A DNA stretch of 49,833 nt from Octopus bimaculoides. Lineage: Eukaryota. Each line of letters starts with the position of its first letter. The first letter of the stretch is position 1. A program made the position numbers and the translations under genes. Under the pieces are notes generated by a model. It saw only the letters and a program-made list of their open reading frames with translations. It had not been told where the DNA came from and made no database searches. The stretch lies in the NCBI RefSeq assembly GCF_001194135.2, contig NC_068984.1, positions 107,303,301-107,353,133 of the forward strand, given 5' to 3'. Shown here in pieces: positions 24,420-37,264 of this stretch.

Positions 24420-25075
24420 GCATCTGTGGTAAGCTGGCAGAATAATTAGGGTATTAAACAAAATGCCTAGTGCCATTTATATATGTTCTGAGTTCAGATT
24501 CCACTGAGGTTGGCTTTGTCTTTCATCCTTTCATAGTCAACAAAATAAGTACCAGTTGAACACTAGGGGGTCAATGTAATTGACTCCCCACCTCAAAATT
24601 GTTAGCCTTATGCAAAATTTGAAACTTTTATTATTATTATTATTATTATTATTCAGGTAACGAAGTGGAAGCGTTGTTAGCACATTGGACTAAATGCTTA
24701 GCGGTATTTTGTCCATTTTTATATTCTGAATTCACATTCTGTCAAGTTCAACTTTGCCATTCATCCTTTTGGGGTCACTAAATTAAGTATCAGTGAAACA
24801 CTGGGGTCAGTGTTATTGATAGCCCCTCCCACAAAATTTCAGGAGGATTATTATTATTATTGTTAGAGAGGTGAATTAGCAGAATTGTTAGAGCATCTGA
24901 CAAAAGGCTTTGTGGCTTTTCATCCAGCTATTTACATTCTGAGTGGTTGACTTTGTCTTCTATACATTCAGTCTCAACAAAATAAGTACCAGCTGAGAAA
25001 TGGAGTTGATGTAATCAACTTTCCCTTCCTCTCAGAATTGTTTGCCTTACACCAACATTTCAAACCCTTATTATT
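24420..25075 (+). mobile_element. Three head-to-tail family B SINE copies separated by (TTA)n
   Basis: Heads at ~24425, ~24655 and ~24868. Each has ttctgagtt/aatt...ctttgt/cc...aagta(c/t)cag...gggg(t)caatgtaat-like blocks. Confidence 0.75.
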
Positions 25076-25463
25076 AATATTATGATAAATACTTTCACAT
25101 TATAAATATGATGATTTCCCATTATGAGATATGTTTGAACTAGTCCTATTTTATTCTCTTGTGACTAATTTATTATCTTTAAACATGTTCAGACAAAAAA
25201 ATCAAAGTTTTCTGGTGATTAGGTTATTCTGATGATTTAACTTTTTTTTTTTTGTATTCACTATAATTCTAATGGGTGTACACTTTACTCATTTTACTCA
25301 TTTTAATATTTAATTCTGCTGTTGCAATATCATGTGCTTCATAATTACTTGAATGAAGCATCACTGAAGTCTTTGTATATATGTAGAACTTGCTACTTGT
25401 TGACACTATGTATTTCTGATTATTAAGTCCTTTCCAGGTAGATTTCTATCTTCTAACATATAA

Positions 25464-25680
25464 CAAGGGTGTGCTGAAAAGTTCCTAGCTTTGAGTAAAA
25501 AGCAGGTGGATCAATTAGTTATGATTTCATCCAACACATTCCCCTCTCAGATTCACACACCTATTGCAGCAGTCCTTCAGTCTTTTTTCTAAACCCTGTA
25601 AAAGAACAGAGAAAGTTGGGCCTCCAACCAGACCGTTCATGATACCCTTACAGCCAGGAACTTTTCAGAATCCCCTCAAC
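25464..25680 (+). mobile_element. Mariner-like MITE
   Basis: TIR pair caagggtgtgctgaaaagttcctagct ... agccaggaacttttcagaatcccctc. Confidence 0.7.
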
Positions 25681-25819
25681 ATACTGGTAACAAACAACAG
25701 TGATCAGAATTGAAAATAACTTGGACAATATGTGAAGGTCAAGAGAGGTGTACAACAGTGGTGTGTGGTATTACCAGGTTTGTTTTTATTATACAGTGAA
25801 ACAACTATGTGATCCACTC

Positions 25820-26170
25820 AACATATTATCTGGTATATGGATAAGAGAACAAGACATTAACAAATTCCATTATGCAGGCAACGCAGTCCTATTAGCAATA
25901 ACAGTAGAAAATCTACAGATATTACTTAGTACTGTTAATAGTAAGAGTGAAAAGACAGGGCTGGATCTTAGCACATACACACACAAAGAGATAATGTTGA
26001 TCTCAAAGAAAATACCATCATTTTGCAAACTACGAGGAAGAATTGAACAAATTTGAAACAAGTTGCTAGATTTAAATATTTGAGAGTCATTATTATAGCA
26101 GATGAGGAAAGAGAAAGCATAAAATAATTAAAGTCAAAGATTGGGCTGCCCAAAGCTGCATGTGATGAGA
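25820..26170 (+). mobile_element. RTE-clade LINE RT remnant
   Basis: INKFHYAGNAVLLAITVENLQILLSTVNSKSEKTGLDL...VARFKYLRVII...SKIGLPKAA is a degenerate YADD region with the FKYLG motif. Confidence 0.7.
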
Positions 26171-27800
26171 ACGTTTGTATCTTGTCAAATAAACAATGAC
26201 AAGTGAAGTGAGGAAAAGAGTTCCAGGAGAATACATAGAACCTATCAAACATATTGGTTTCAAATTCTGTCACAAGGCCAGCAATTTTTGGGGAGGGGTT
26301 AAGTCAATTACATTGACTCCAGTGCTCAGCTGGTACTTACTTTAAGGACCCAAAAAGTATGAAAGGCAAAGTCAACATTGGTAGAGTTTGAACTCAGAAC
26401 ATAAAGATGAACAAAATGCCACTAAGCATTTTGTCCATTGTGTGCTAAGGATTCTGCCCCCTATATATTGCTATGTAACTTGAAACATCAACAAACATAT
26501 GCAAAAGCTTAGCAATACTGCAGAGATTTGCTTCCATAGAAGAATACTAAAAGAGTCTATTGTAGATAGAGTGACAAATATTAAGCAAAGACATTAATTG
26601 CTTAATTTAAAGCATAAAATATGCAGATTTGACTTTCCATCATCACATTGGCCTAATTTATAACTGCTTTATATAGTAACTGATTACAATATGCAATTGA
26701 TTGGGGAAGGAAGCCAAGTATGTCTTCTCTGAGGAGTGGTCATCAGAGTGTGAAACAGTCTGTCAGAAAACTCTCTCCCTCCTTTTTCTACACATTAATA
26801 GCTTAGACTGCATGTCTACTGTTTTACTTTCTTTGTTCACCCTCAGCAAGATTTTGTAATACACATATATACATGTATATATTACTCACACACACACACA
26901 CACGTGTGTGTGCGTATTGTGTGTGTCTACAAAAATATGCAGGTACAGTATTGTCAAATGGTTGTGAAGTCCCAGTTTTGATCCTAGTCCCTAACATCTT
27001 GGGTAAGTGTTATACTTCAGTAGATTTAGTTGACTAAAATTGGATCGATAGAAACTGGAAACTGTAGAGAACCCCATCTGATAAATTTAACATGTAATTC
27101 AAAAGGTACAACCATATTACACTGTTTCTACCTGAGAATTATCCTAAAGTTTACTTGTATCTTAGGAATACTCAGCCAATTAATTAACACTAATTTAGGT
27201 GTAGGTAATTCAGTTGACAAGAGATCAGTTGTGAACACATGTTTCTGCTGATGACTCTTATTTAGGCAGAAACACTTGTTGCCAGCAGTTCTTTTGTCTT
27301 CAGACAATCAGAGTGTCTTTTCTTTAGTGGCATGTTAGTCTTGTAGAATACTTTTATCCTTCCTTCTTATTCGGAACGGGTACCAATTGCCCCAATGCTA
27401 TTATTCTTCCTTCTCTGGAAGTGGAGATAATTTCAATAAATGAGCAATTTATCTTGTATGTTATTTAATATATCCTCATTAGTGTTATATGTATGTATGT
27501 GTGTGTGTGTGTGTGTTTGTGTATGTATGTTAGGGAAAGAGATTGATTGATTGATGTAATATTTTTGTTTTTCTCTCCCAAGAACTTTGAGGTAAATAAT
27601 TACATTTTTGTTTACTCTTTGTAACCACCTTTTTTTCAAAAGGAAATCTTTGTGCTTCTACATTTCCTGAGCCCAGTGGTACTAAAGAATTTACCTTGTC
27701 AAAAGTAGATGTTTTTCTAATGCAAAATGTATGTTTTCCTTTCCCCCAAAACTGATATTTGTTTTTCAAGGTGTAAACATGAAAGAATTTTTATGCTATA

Positions 27801-29074
27801 CTAGCAGAAATACCCGGCTTTGCCCGGGTTAAAGAGAATAATGAAATCTAAAAACGCTGTCTAGACTACGCAACCCTCAACTGTTAGTAGCTACGATACC
27901 ATATTTCTACATTAATAACTCTCCAATCCATGCCAGCATGGAACATAAACATTAAGTGGAATGCCAGTCTCTCATCTAGGAGGGCCTTGAAATCAATGTT
28001 ACCAACTGGGGACTATGTGTGTCGTAGTGATAATAAAAAGACCCAAAGGAGGTCTGCAACGAAATAATTTTACTCAACACTTTGCAAGTGAATCAGTGGA
28101 GGCAAAGATGCGTCTCATTTACTTGACAATTTATGCACNNNNNNNNNNNNNNNNNNNNNNNNNNNNNNNNNNNNNNNNNNNNNNNNNNNNNNNNNNNNNN
28201 NNNNNNNNNNNNNNNNNNNNNNNNNNNNNNNNNNNNNNNNNNNNNNNNNNNNNNNNNNNNNNNNNNNNNNNNNNNNNNNNNNNNNNNNNNNNNNNNNNNN
28301 NNNNNNNNNNNNNNNNNNNNNNNNNNNNNNNNNNNNNNNNNNNNNNNNNNNNNNNNNNNNNNNNNNNNNNNNNNNNNNNNNNNNNNNNNNNNNNNNNNNN
28401 NNNNNNNNNNNNNNNNNNNNNNNNNNNNNNNNNNNNNNNNNNNNNNNNNNNNNNNNNNNNNNNNNNNNNNNNNNNNNNNNNNNNNNNNNNNNNNNNNNNN
28501 NNNNNNNNNNNNNNNNNNNNNNNNNNNNNNNNNNNNNNNNNNNNNNNNNNNNNNNNNNNNNNNNNNNNNNNNNNNNNNNNNNNNNNNNNNNNNNNNNNNN
28601 NNNNNNNNNNNNNNNNNNNNNNNNNNNNNNNNNNNNNNNNNNNNNNNNNNNNNNNNNNNNNNNNNNNNNNNNNNNNNNNNNNNNNNNNNNNNNNNNNNNN
28701 NNNNNNNNNNNNNNNNNNNNNNNNNNNNNNNNNNNNNNNNNNNNNNNNNNNNNNNNNNNNNNNNNNNATACATCTCTCTCTATCTCTCTTTCTCTCTCTC
28801 TCTGAAAGTATCTGTCATTACAGTATCGAAATGTGATTGTTTCAGTTAGTAGAATAGTTTCATTTTTAAAGTGAAAGTATTTGACATGAGTGTTTTTGTT
28901 TCACTTTTGACACGCACTACTTAAATAGTGGAGGAGATATTGTGTTGCTGTGGGCTCGAACTCTGGAAGAAGTTAAAATTTTTTTTTTACTAAAACACAA
29001 CTGGAACCCTAAGTAAGGCATCTGTAAAATTTGAATGAAATTGGTTGCGTAGTTCTCGAGTTTTAGGGATTCAC

Positions 29075-29109
<35 letters not shown>

Positions 29110-29135
29110 CACATTCTCATTTTTATATATATAGA
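27801..29135 (-). mobile_element. Non-autonomous Helitron (Lep1/HINE-like) spanning a 631-N gap
   Basis: On the minus strand the 5' end is A|TCTATATATATAAAAATGAGAATG followed by (GTCT)n. The 3' end is a hairpin cccgggcaaagccggg followed by tatttctgCTAG|T. The gap means the two ends could belong to different copies. Confidence 0.75.
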
Positions 29136-29559
29136 TTATTGAAATGCTCAAACAATTAGATACAAAATCGATATATTGTACTAAAGATAGTTTCTGTAGT
29201 AAAATAAAATATGTCTCAGCAACAACAACTTCTTGTTCCAAACACTTTTTGATACCACTCCATAGTTATCCGTTTACACAATAAGCATCTTCATGATACT
29301 GTACATCCTCGATGCAACCAGGACAGGGAACTGCAATGAAGGATGACATAATTTAGATGAAAAGTACTTGTATCTTGTGTATTTGCTGTTAATCACTATA
29401 ACAAACACTTGTCATTTGATATACCTGAGGAGTTATAGTCATGCTTTGTTCCCATTAGTTAGGAATTTAATTAAAGTGTTTAATGGATTTAACTTCATTG
29501 ATGACTACATTACACTGGATGTTTTATAGTAATTAGCCAGCACTCTATTGCTGGTGCTA

Positions 29560-29720
29560 TAGACATGTAGTTAGAATGCCACAGGAAAGAATCACAAGAT
29601 GGATTCTTCAAGTCAGGCCAACTGGCAGGAGACCTCAAGATTATTGAAGAATGGGATGGTTGGATAATATCTATTGTTTCAGTCAGTCATGCTTGGCAAT
29701 CTCACTGAAATGTCTTTTTT
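29560..29720 (+). mobile_element. RTE LINE C-terminal remnant
   Basis: RMPQERITRWILQVRPTGRRPQ resembles the RTE motif ..W.P.G.RPRGRP. Confidence 0.5.
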
Positions 29721-29751
29721 TATTGCAATTCTAGCTTAATATGTTAATTAA

Positions 29752-29969
29752 CCTTTTAGCATTCAGATTACTCTGTCAAATGTAATGCTTATTAATACCC
29801 ATTGTGTTTTATTAAACATGCATTATTTTGGGACTTTGAGAATACAATGATGTGATTGTATATTTTTAGGTTGACATTGTGTGGTAAGTGTCAGAGACCA
29901 GATTTTGACAATTTTAACATAAAAAGTAGAATATTTGTACCGGTCATGGTCAATTTGAACGCTAATGGA
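29752..29969 (+). mobile_element. piggyBac-like MITE with TTAA target duplication
   Basis: TTAA|ccttttagcattcag ... ttgaacgctaatgga|TTAA. Confidence 0.75.
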
Positions 29970-30757
29970 TTAAATATGTTAGAAGATGGTGTTGAATTAA
30001 AGGAACTTGAAATGATGCACATAAACCACACAAATTCACCTTCAGCTAACTTAACTGATAAATTTCAAATAAAATTAGATACAAATTAGAGAATTTGTAT
30101 ATTGGTAGTGTTGTTAAAGGTGCACTCCCACCTGTCTAAGTCTTTTATTTCATATCCTTTAATGAAAATCTTTTCTGTCATTCTGAAAAAAAAAGTTAAT
30201 TTTCTTTTTAAATTTCGCTGGCCATCAAATTTTCCATTTCCACTGTAGATCACAATCCTGCAAAGAAGACTTTAGTTTTTGGTTAGGATTAGAACTTTAG
30301 GATTAGGATTATGGTTATGGCTAAGGATTGGTGTTTCAAGAGCAAAGCATTGAGTTTTTGATTAGATTTCCATGAAAGGAGAAATATTAAGATAAAACAA
30401 AACTCTTTGAAATTGAGAATTTCTTCTACATGCAGTCATGATCTCCAATGTATGTATGTATCTGAGCAGAGAAAATTTCTAAAAACATTAAAATTTAAAA
30501 TTGAACAACTCCGTTGTAAATTGTGTGTGGCATGTATGTATAGTGTGTATAATGTGTATGACATTTGTATACATGCATACACACATATATGCATGCATTC
30601 ATGTATATATATATATATATGTATGTATACATATATATGTGTATATGCATGTATATATGTTTGTGTGTGTGTGTATCTGTCCCACCCATGCTAGCATGGA
30701 ACACAAACATTTAATGATGATGATGGTGATGATATATATATACAAAAAATATATATG

Positions 30758-30802
<45 letters not shown>

Positions 30803-30870
30803 TTATACATGAATGCATACATATATCTATATGTATATATAATCATTCTGTTTATCTGTTAACCTATTTA

Positions 30871-30897
30871 TCTGTCTATCTATCTATCTATCTATCT

Positions 30898-30980
<83 letters not shown>

Positions 30981-30993
30981 TAGATAGATATAT
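30871..30993. repeat. Palindromic compound microsatellite (TCTA)n(TC)n(TA)n(GA)n(TAGA)n
   Basis: Direct reading; the two halves are reverse complements around the (TA)n centre. Confidence 0.9.
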
Positions 30994-31182
30994 ATTGTAC
31001 TCACCCATTCACACTGACGTACTGACACATACATGCACTCACATATAGAAATACACATGCATACGAAACATTTGAATATGTCATAAATCTCTTTCAACAA
31101 AGTATAAAAACTACTTAAGATTTATGCATAATATCTGAATCCTCTTTGGCTGTTTTTCTTTACTCTTTCTTTTGTTTCCTAG

Positions 31183-31344
31183 GAAACACAGAACTTATCC
31201 AAGTTTGTGCATGTCTTTCTCTGCCAAAATTACCCAATAGAAGCAATGCGCATTGAATGGGCCTATAATTTATATGATAGTTGTTCATATATGTCTCAAT
31301 GGAACGAAAATCTCAAACTGTTTTGGGAAATTCTGAACAATGAG
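31183..31344 (+). CDS. TSNAXIP1: TSNAXIP1-like exon: ETQNLSKFVHVFLCQNYPIEAMRIEWAYNLYDSCSYMSQWNENLKLFWEILNNE
   Basis: Strong pyrimidine tract + TAG acceptor and GAG|GTTTGT donor. 162 nt, phase 0/0. Aligns to recalled human ETFPDFFFNFLEHRFG..AMAWAYTIFE...FYAVLMGK. Confidence 0.88.
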
Positions 31345-31924
31345 GTTTGTTTCATTAAAGTTTTATTTTTTATATTTTCTATTTAAAACTTTCTGCATTA
31401 ATTTTGGAAAATAAAATGTTAAATAAAATGAATTGTAAAAAAAAAGAGAGAGAAAAAAACAGAATAAAATACTTTATGTCTTGGTATTGATAGAACCTTA
31501 TCATTAACCTTTGATAATAACTCATGTAATTCCTAATTCTAAATTATATTTCCTTCTGTTTAATCTTATTAGTCCCTTATGTTTTGTTATGTTTTTCTTT
31601 TTTTTTTTCTTCCTTTTTTTTCTGAATGAATTAGGTTTTGCTGTTGTATTCTTCTTCCTCTTCTCTCATCTTCATTATCGCCATTATCATCATCTGTTTT
31701 TTATTTTGCGCTATGTACCCACTCCACAACATTATACTGCTAATATTTAATACATCAAAAGGTGGTGGGCTGGCAGAATCATTAGCACACTGGGCAAAAT
31801 GCGTAGTGGTATTTCGTTTGACATTATGTTCTGAGTTCAAATTCTATCAAGTTTAACTTTGGTTTTCGTCTTTTCTGAGTCATTAAAATAAGGATCAATG
31901 TAATCAACTATCTTCCTTCTATGA

Positions 31925-32260
31925 AGGCACATGGCTCAGTGGTTAGACCATTGGGTTCACGATCATGAGGTTGTGAGTTCAATTCCCAGTTCAGGCTGTG
32001 TGTTGCATTCTTGAGCAAGATACTTTATTTCACATTGCCCCTGTTCACTCAGCTGTAGGAATGAGTTGTGATGTCACTGGTGCCAAGCTGTATTAGCCTT
32101 TGCCTTTCCCTTAAATAATATTGGTGTCATGGAAAGAGCAGCTGTTATGCATGAACAACTGCCAGTCTTCCATAAACAACCTTGCCCCAGCTTATGCCTC
32201 GGAGAACTTCCTAAGTGCAATCCCATAGTAATTCATGACCAAAAGAGGTCTTTACCCTTT
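31925..32260 (+). mobile_element. Family C-related tRNA-derived SINE
   Basis: ggcacatggctcagtggttaga (A box) ... gtgagttcaattcc (B box) ... ttcttgagcaagatactttatttcac. A sibling copy lies at 45470-45810. Confidence 0.8.
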
Positions 32261-32757
32261 ATCCAACTTCCCCAAAACTGCTGGCCTTGTACCAGAATTT
32301 GCAACCCATATTTAATACATCAATAGACGGCAAGTTAGCATAACCATTAGCTTGCTGAGCAAAATGCTTAGCAGGATTTTGCCTGACTTTATGTTCTGAG
32401 TTCAAATTGACCCTAGGATCAATTCTGCCTTTCAGTCCTTTCAAGGTTGAAAAAATAAGAGCCATTTGAACACTGGGGTCAATGTAATTGACTTATCCTC
32501 TACACCAAACCTGCTGGCCTTAAGCTAAAATTTGAAAGCAATGTTTAATACATCCTATGGAATATGTAGGGCAGTATCATTACAACAAAAAGCCTTGTTT
32601 TATTTAGATACTTCACTTTATATTTTCAGTTAAAATCCCACCAAGGTCAAGTTTGGCTCTTTTCATCCTAGGCTAAAGTAATTGAGTCACTCTATGTACC
32701 AGAGTTGACTTTTCTCAGCCCATAATCACAAATTTGTAGAACAGCACGTGATTACAT

Positions 32758-34778
32758 CAGTGATTCTCAACCATTTTTTACAAATGGACCACTTTTGATT
32801 CCTATTTTACTCCAGTGGATCCTTGTAACAATTCAATGTTTAAAAATCCTATTTTATTTTTATAATTAAATATTATTAGGAATTGTATTAAAATTGTTAA
32901 AATATTTTGTTTGTTGTAGAAGTACATAGGTGCATGATTGGCGGTATGGTAAGAAATTTGCATCCTACCCTTATGGTTCTGGGTCCAGTTCTACTGTGTG
33001 GCACAGTGGGCCAGTATCTTCTATTATAGCCCCAGGCTGACCAAAGCCTTGTAAGTGGATTGGGGAGATAGAAGCTTGTCTTGTGTATGTATATGTGTAT
33101 ATATATATATATATGTGTGTGTATGTATATAAAATATTAGTTATAGAATAAAAATGCTGGGTTAACAACTCAACATATCACACCCCCTCAATGAACATAT
33201 ATAAGAAGCACAACATAATCCGTCAAACATAAGGAAAAAGAAGAAATAACGCAAGAAAAATAACGCAAGAAAAATAACACAAGAAGAAATAATAAATAAA
33301 AAAATAAGAAACATATAAGAAGTAAGATGCAAGAAATAGAACATATAGCATAAAATTTTATACACGAATATATTATATCAACCGATAACATACAAATGAA
33401 AAAATTGAGTTAAAGGTATAATACAATGCACATATATATCATTTCATAGAAGTTAAAATTAATACGATTAAAAATTTCAAATATAATATAATATAGGTTG
33501 ATATAAAAAATAGTAAAATAAAATAAAGAAATGAGGTACCATAAAGTAGTCCATCGGTTAAAAATCAAGGACAGAAGCTTTAAAATGATTTAACACCATT
33601 TAGCGTTAAAACACAAAGTTCTACACCTCCCTCGGGCACATGGGTCAAAATACAAATACAACACCCAGCAGTTATCAATCGGTAAAATCAATTCCACGAA
33701 AACACGTGCTGGGTGCTGTATTTGTATTTTGACCCGTGTGTTATGAACTTTTGGACTTGGTGAGCGGAATTAAATTTTACATGTTTTACCTGCTGATACC
33801 TGCTGGGTGCCTGTATTCACTCTTGTATATACCTAACTGGTGCGGACTTGCCTATTGGTGCCTACTGTTTTTGAGTTGTAAAATGTGCCGGAGGGAGGTG
33901 TAGAACTTTGTGTTTTAACGCTAAATGGTGTTGAATCATTTTAAAGGTTCTGTCCTTGATTTTTAACCGGTGGACTACTTTATGGTACCTCATTTCTTTA
34001 TTTTATTTTACTTTTTTTTATATTGACCTATATTATATTACATTTGAAATTTTTAATTGTATTACTTTTAACTTCTATGAAATGATATATATGTGTATTG
34101 TATTATACCTTTAACTCAATTTTTTCATTTGTATGTTATCGGTTGATATAATATATTCGTGTATAAAATTTTATGCTATATGTTCTATTTCTTGCATCTT
34201 ACTTCTTATTTATTTCTTATTTTTTTATTTATTATTTCTTCTTACATTATTTTTCTTACGTTATATCTTCTTATTCCTTATTTTTGACGGATTATGTTGT
34301 ATATCTTATATATGTTCATTGAGGGGGTGTGATATGTTGAGTCGTTAACCCAGCGTTTTTATTCTATGACTAATATTTTACTCTTGTCTCAATTATTCTG
34401 AGCACTTCTCCTTGCAGCCCTGTATAAAATCTATTAGTTTCATAATAAGAAACCATTAATATTACATATATGTATAATTATGTCTGTGTTTGCCCCTAAT
34501 GCCACTTGACAACCTGTGTTGATGTGTTTGCATCCTCATAACATAGTGGTTTAGCAAAAAGAAACTGATAGAATAAGTACCAGTCTTAACATAGAAATAA
34601 GTTTGGGGATCAATTCATTCAGCTCAATTTCTTCAAAGCAGTGCTCCAGCATGGCTGCAGTCTGATGACTGAAAAAAACTTTAACAACAAAATCTTATAT
34701 GGACCACCAAAGGTCGTATTGACTCCCAACAGTCAAATAGACCTCAAAGGTCCTAGGAACCCTGGTTGAGAATCGCTG
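32758..34778 (-). mobile_element. hAT (Charlie-like) MITE expanded by nested insertions
   Basis: TIRs cagtgattctcaacc (32758) and ggttgagaatcgctg (34778). The 8-bp flanks gattacat and ggttagat match at 6/8 positions, consistent with an aged TSD. Confidence 0.65.
33130..34422. mobile_element. Foldback element with ~500 bp inverted arms (possibly Tc1/mariner-derived)
   Basis: 33130-33641 is the reverse complement of 33883-34380. An inner hairpin pairs 33637-33670 with 33707-33740. The right side extends to ...cagccctg|TA. Confidence 0.85.
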
Positions 34779-36969
34779 GGTTAGATGATTGTTGCAGGTA
34801 CTTATTTCACTGACTCTAGAGGGACTTAAAGTAGAGTGTATCTAAATAGGATTAAAAATTTTGGATGTAAGGGGACAAACTTAAATACTGTACGATATAT
34901 AGTCCTACAGTCCACAAATTCTGCCATGATAATGATAGNNNNNNNNNNNNNNNNNNNNNNNNNNNNNNNNNNNNNNNNNNNNNNNNNNNNNNNNNNNNNN
35001 NNNNNNNNNNNNNNNNNNNNNNNNNNNNNNNNNNNNNNNNNNNNNNNNNNNNNGTTAATATTATTACCAAGGCAGGAGCTGGCAGCATGATTAGCAGCAT
35101 TTCTTCCAACTCTTCTCATACAGGTTTCAAATTTTCCTTGAGGTCAGCTTTGGCCTTTCATCCTTTCACGGTTCATAAAATAAGTGCCAAGTTTGTGCTA
35201 TAATCTGTTAATACCCACCCACTGAAATTGCTGGCCTTGTGCCAAAATTTGAAACCATCATTATTATTATTATTATTATTATTATCATTATTATGATTAT
35301 TATTATTAGTTGTTATTGCTGTTACTTTTGTTTCTTTGTTAAAGAGCTTTCGTCACACATCTTGTGACCTTTTTAGCAACTCCTTTTCTCCTGTGTCTCC
35401 TCTTGTCTTCCTTTGTCCATTTTGTCTTTCTGTGCTGTGTATCCTTGTCTGTGCATGCATTTGTGTCAGCATCTATCTGTGTGTGTGTGTGTGTGTGTGT
35501 GTATTTAGCATGTGTGTTTTGTGTGAGTGTATATGAGTTTGCCTACTTCTGTTTAAGCATACACTTTAACATCAAGAATCTTACAAAACAAATACACATA
35601 CAATTATTAGCTTTAAACTCATCATCCACCTCCATATTTGCAATCTTGTGCCGAAGCTAGATATCAATATTGGCAGAAGCATTAGAATGCTGGATCACAT
35701 AACTTGCACTATTTATTCTGGCTTGTTACATTCTGTGTTCAATTTTAGCCAAAATCATATTTGCCTTTCATCCTTTTGTTGTCAATGAAATTCAATACTT
35801 GTCTAGACCAGTCAACTGTTGGAATTGTTAGAAAATTGACTGGGATGTGTTACAGTATTACTTAATAATAATAATAATAAAATAATAAGAAGAAGAACGA
35901 TGACAATAATAATCCTTTCTACCATAAAGCCTGGAATTTTGGGGAGAGGGCATTAGTCAATTACCTCAACCCCAGCGCTCAAATTATATTTTTCTCTTTG
36001 ACCCATGCAAAAAGATGACCAACATTGGTAATTTAATGTTACTTTCTTTGTTTTTTCTTTTGTTATTGACTTTTCTGTGCATTTGGTCTTACTACCATGT
36101 GGTGGCTAACCTGAGAGTTCCTTGAGGCAATGTAAACTTCATTGAGGTAACTTCAGTCTGATGACTAGCTGCGCTGAGGAGAGTACATTACATAATGCTT
36201 GCATAATGTTCTTCAGTTATTTAAGAAACATATGTAGCTTACATTTAACTTGTTCCAATCCTTTAAATTTGAGATTTTATTCACATTTTTAACAGAATTA
36301 TTTGTTCACAGTAAGTTGTATAGAAACTATCAGCTTATCAAAATTATTTGTATCCTTAATATGGAGAAAAGTGTGTAATTTATGATGCTAAAAAAATTAT
36401 TGTTTTATCTTATCATATACAGTCTATTTTTTGTTCTCTATATTAGCTGCCTATTCTTTGAAGCTTACAGACTTCCTACACTTACATCCTTGGACCATAT
36501 TTACACACACACACAAATAAAAAGAGGATACACACCACAGAAAGGCATCATATAAATGTATATGTGTGTGTATGAATATTTGTGTTTGTACCCCTTTCCA
36601 CTTGACAACAAGTTTTGATTTGTTTACACCCTTAATGGTTTAGTAAAGGTTGTGAAAAACTGATAGAATAAGTACCTGACTTGAAATGAGAATTAGGGTT
36701 AATTTCTTCAGCTAAACCTATTCAAGGCCTTCCCTGTAACTTAATGATTTAGTAAAGTTTAAAAAAAAAAACATAACATAGAGTAAGTGCAAGACTTAAA
36801 ATAAGAATTGAGGTCAATTTTTCCAACTAAATTTGGTAGGTAGAAGTTCCATCATGCGTGTATATGTGTATGTGAAACTGCTTGGGCCTCCTTTGATAGG
36901 TAAGGAGGGAAATCCTTTCAAGATGGTGCCCCACCTTAGTCACAGTTGAATGACAAACAAACAGTAAAA

Positions 36970-37195
36970 TATTGCAAGCTGGCAGAATCAGTATCACACC
37001 AGGCCAAATGCTTAGAAGCATTTTGCTCGTTTTTACATTCTAAGTTCAGATTCTGCCAAGGTCGACTTCACCTTTCATCCCTCTTGGGGGTCAATAAAAT
37101 AAGTACCAGTTGGCTACCAAGGTCAATGTAATTGACTTATTCCCTCCCCCAAAATTGCTAGCCTAGTACCAAAATTTGAAACCATTATTATTGTT
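36970..37195 (+). mobile_element. Family B SINE ending ~70 bp upstream of an exon
   Basis: agctggcagaatc...ttctaagttcagattctgccaaggtcgacttc...aagtaccagtt...aaaatttgaaacc(att)n. Confidence 0.85.
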
Positions 37196-37264
37196 ATTTT
37201 CATCTGCCCCAGTCCTCAATGTTGTGATTAAATGTTAAATTTTTCTCTCTTTCATTTTTGCCAG

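Noticed and set aside
30278-30335. Degenerate TTAGGN repeats
   Set aside because: No perfect TTAGGG array; probably part of a MITE rather than an interstitial telomere.
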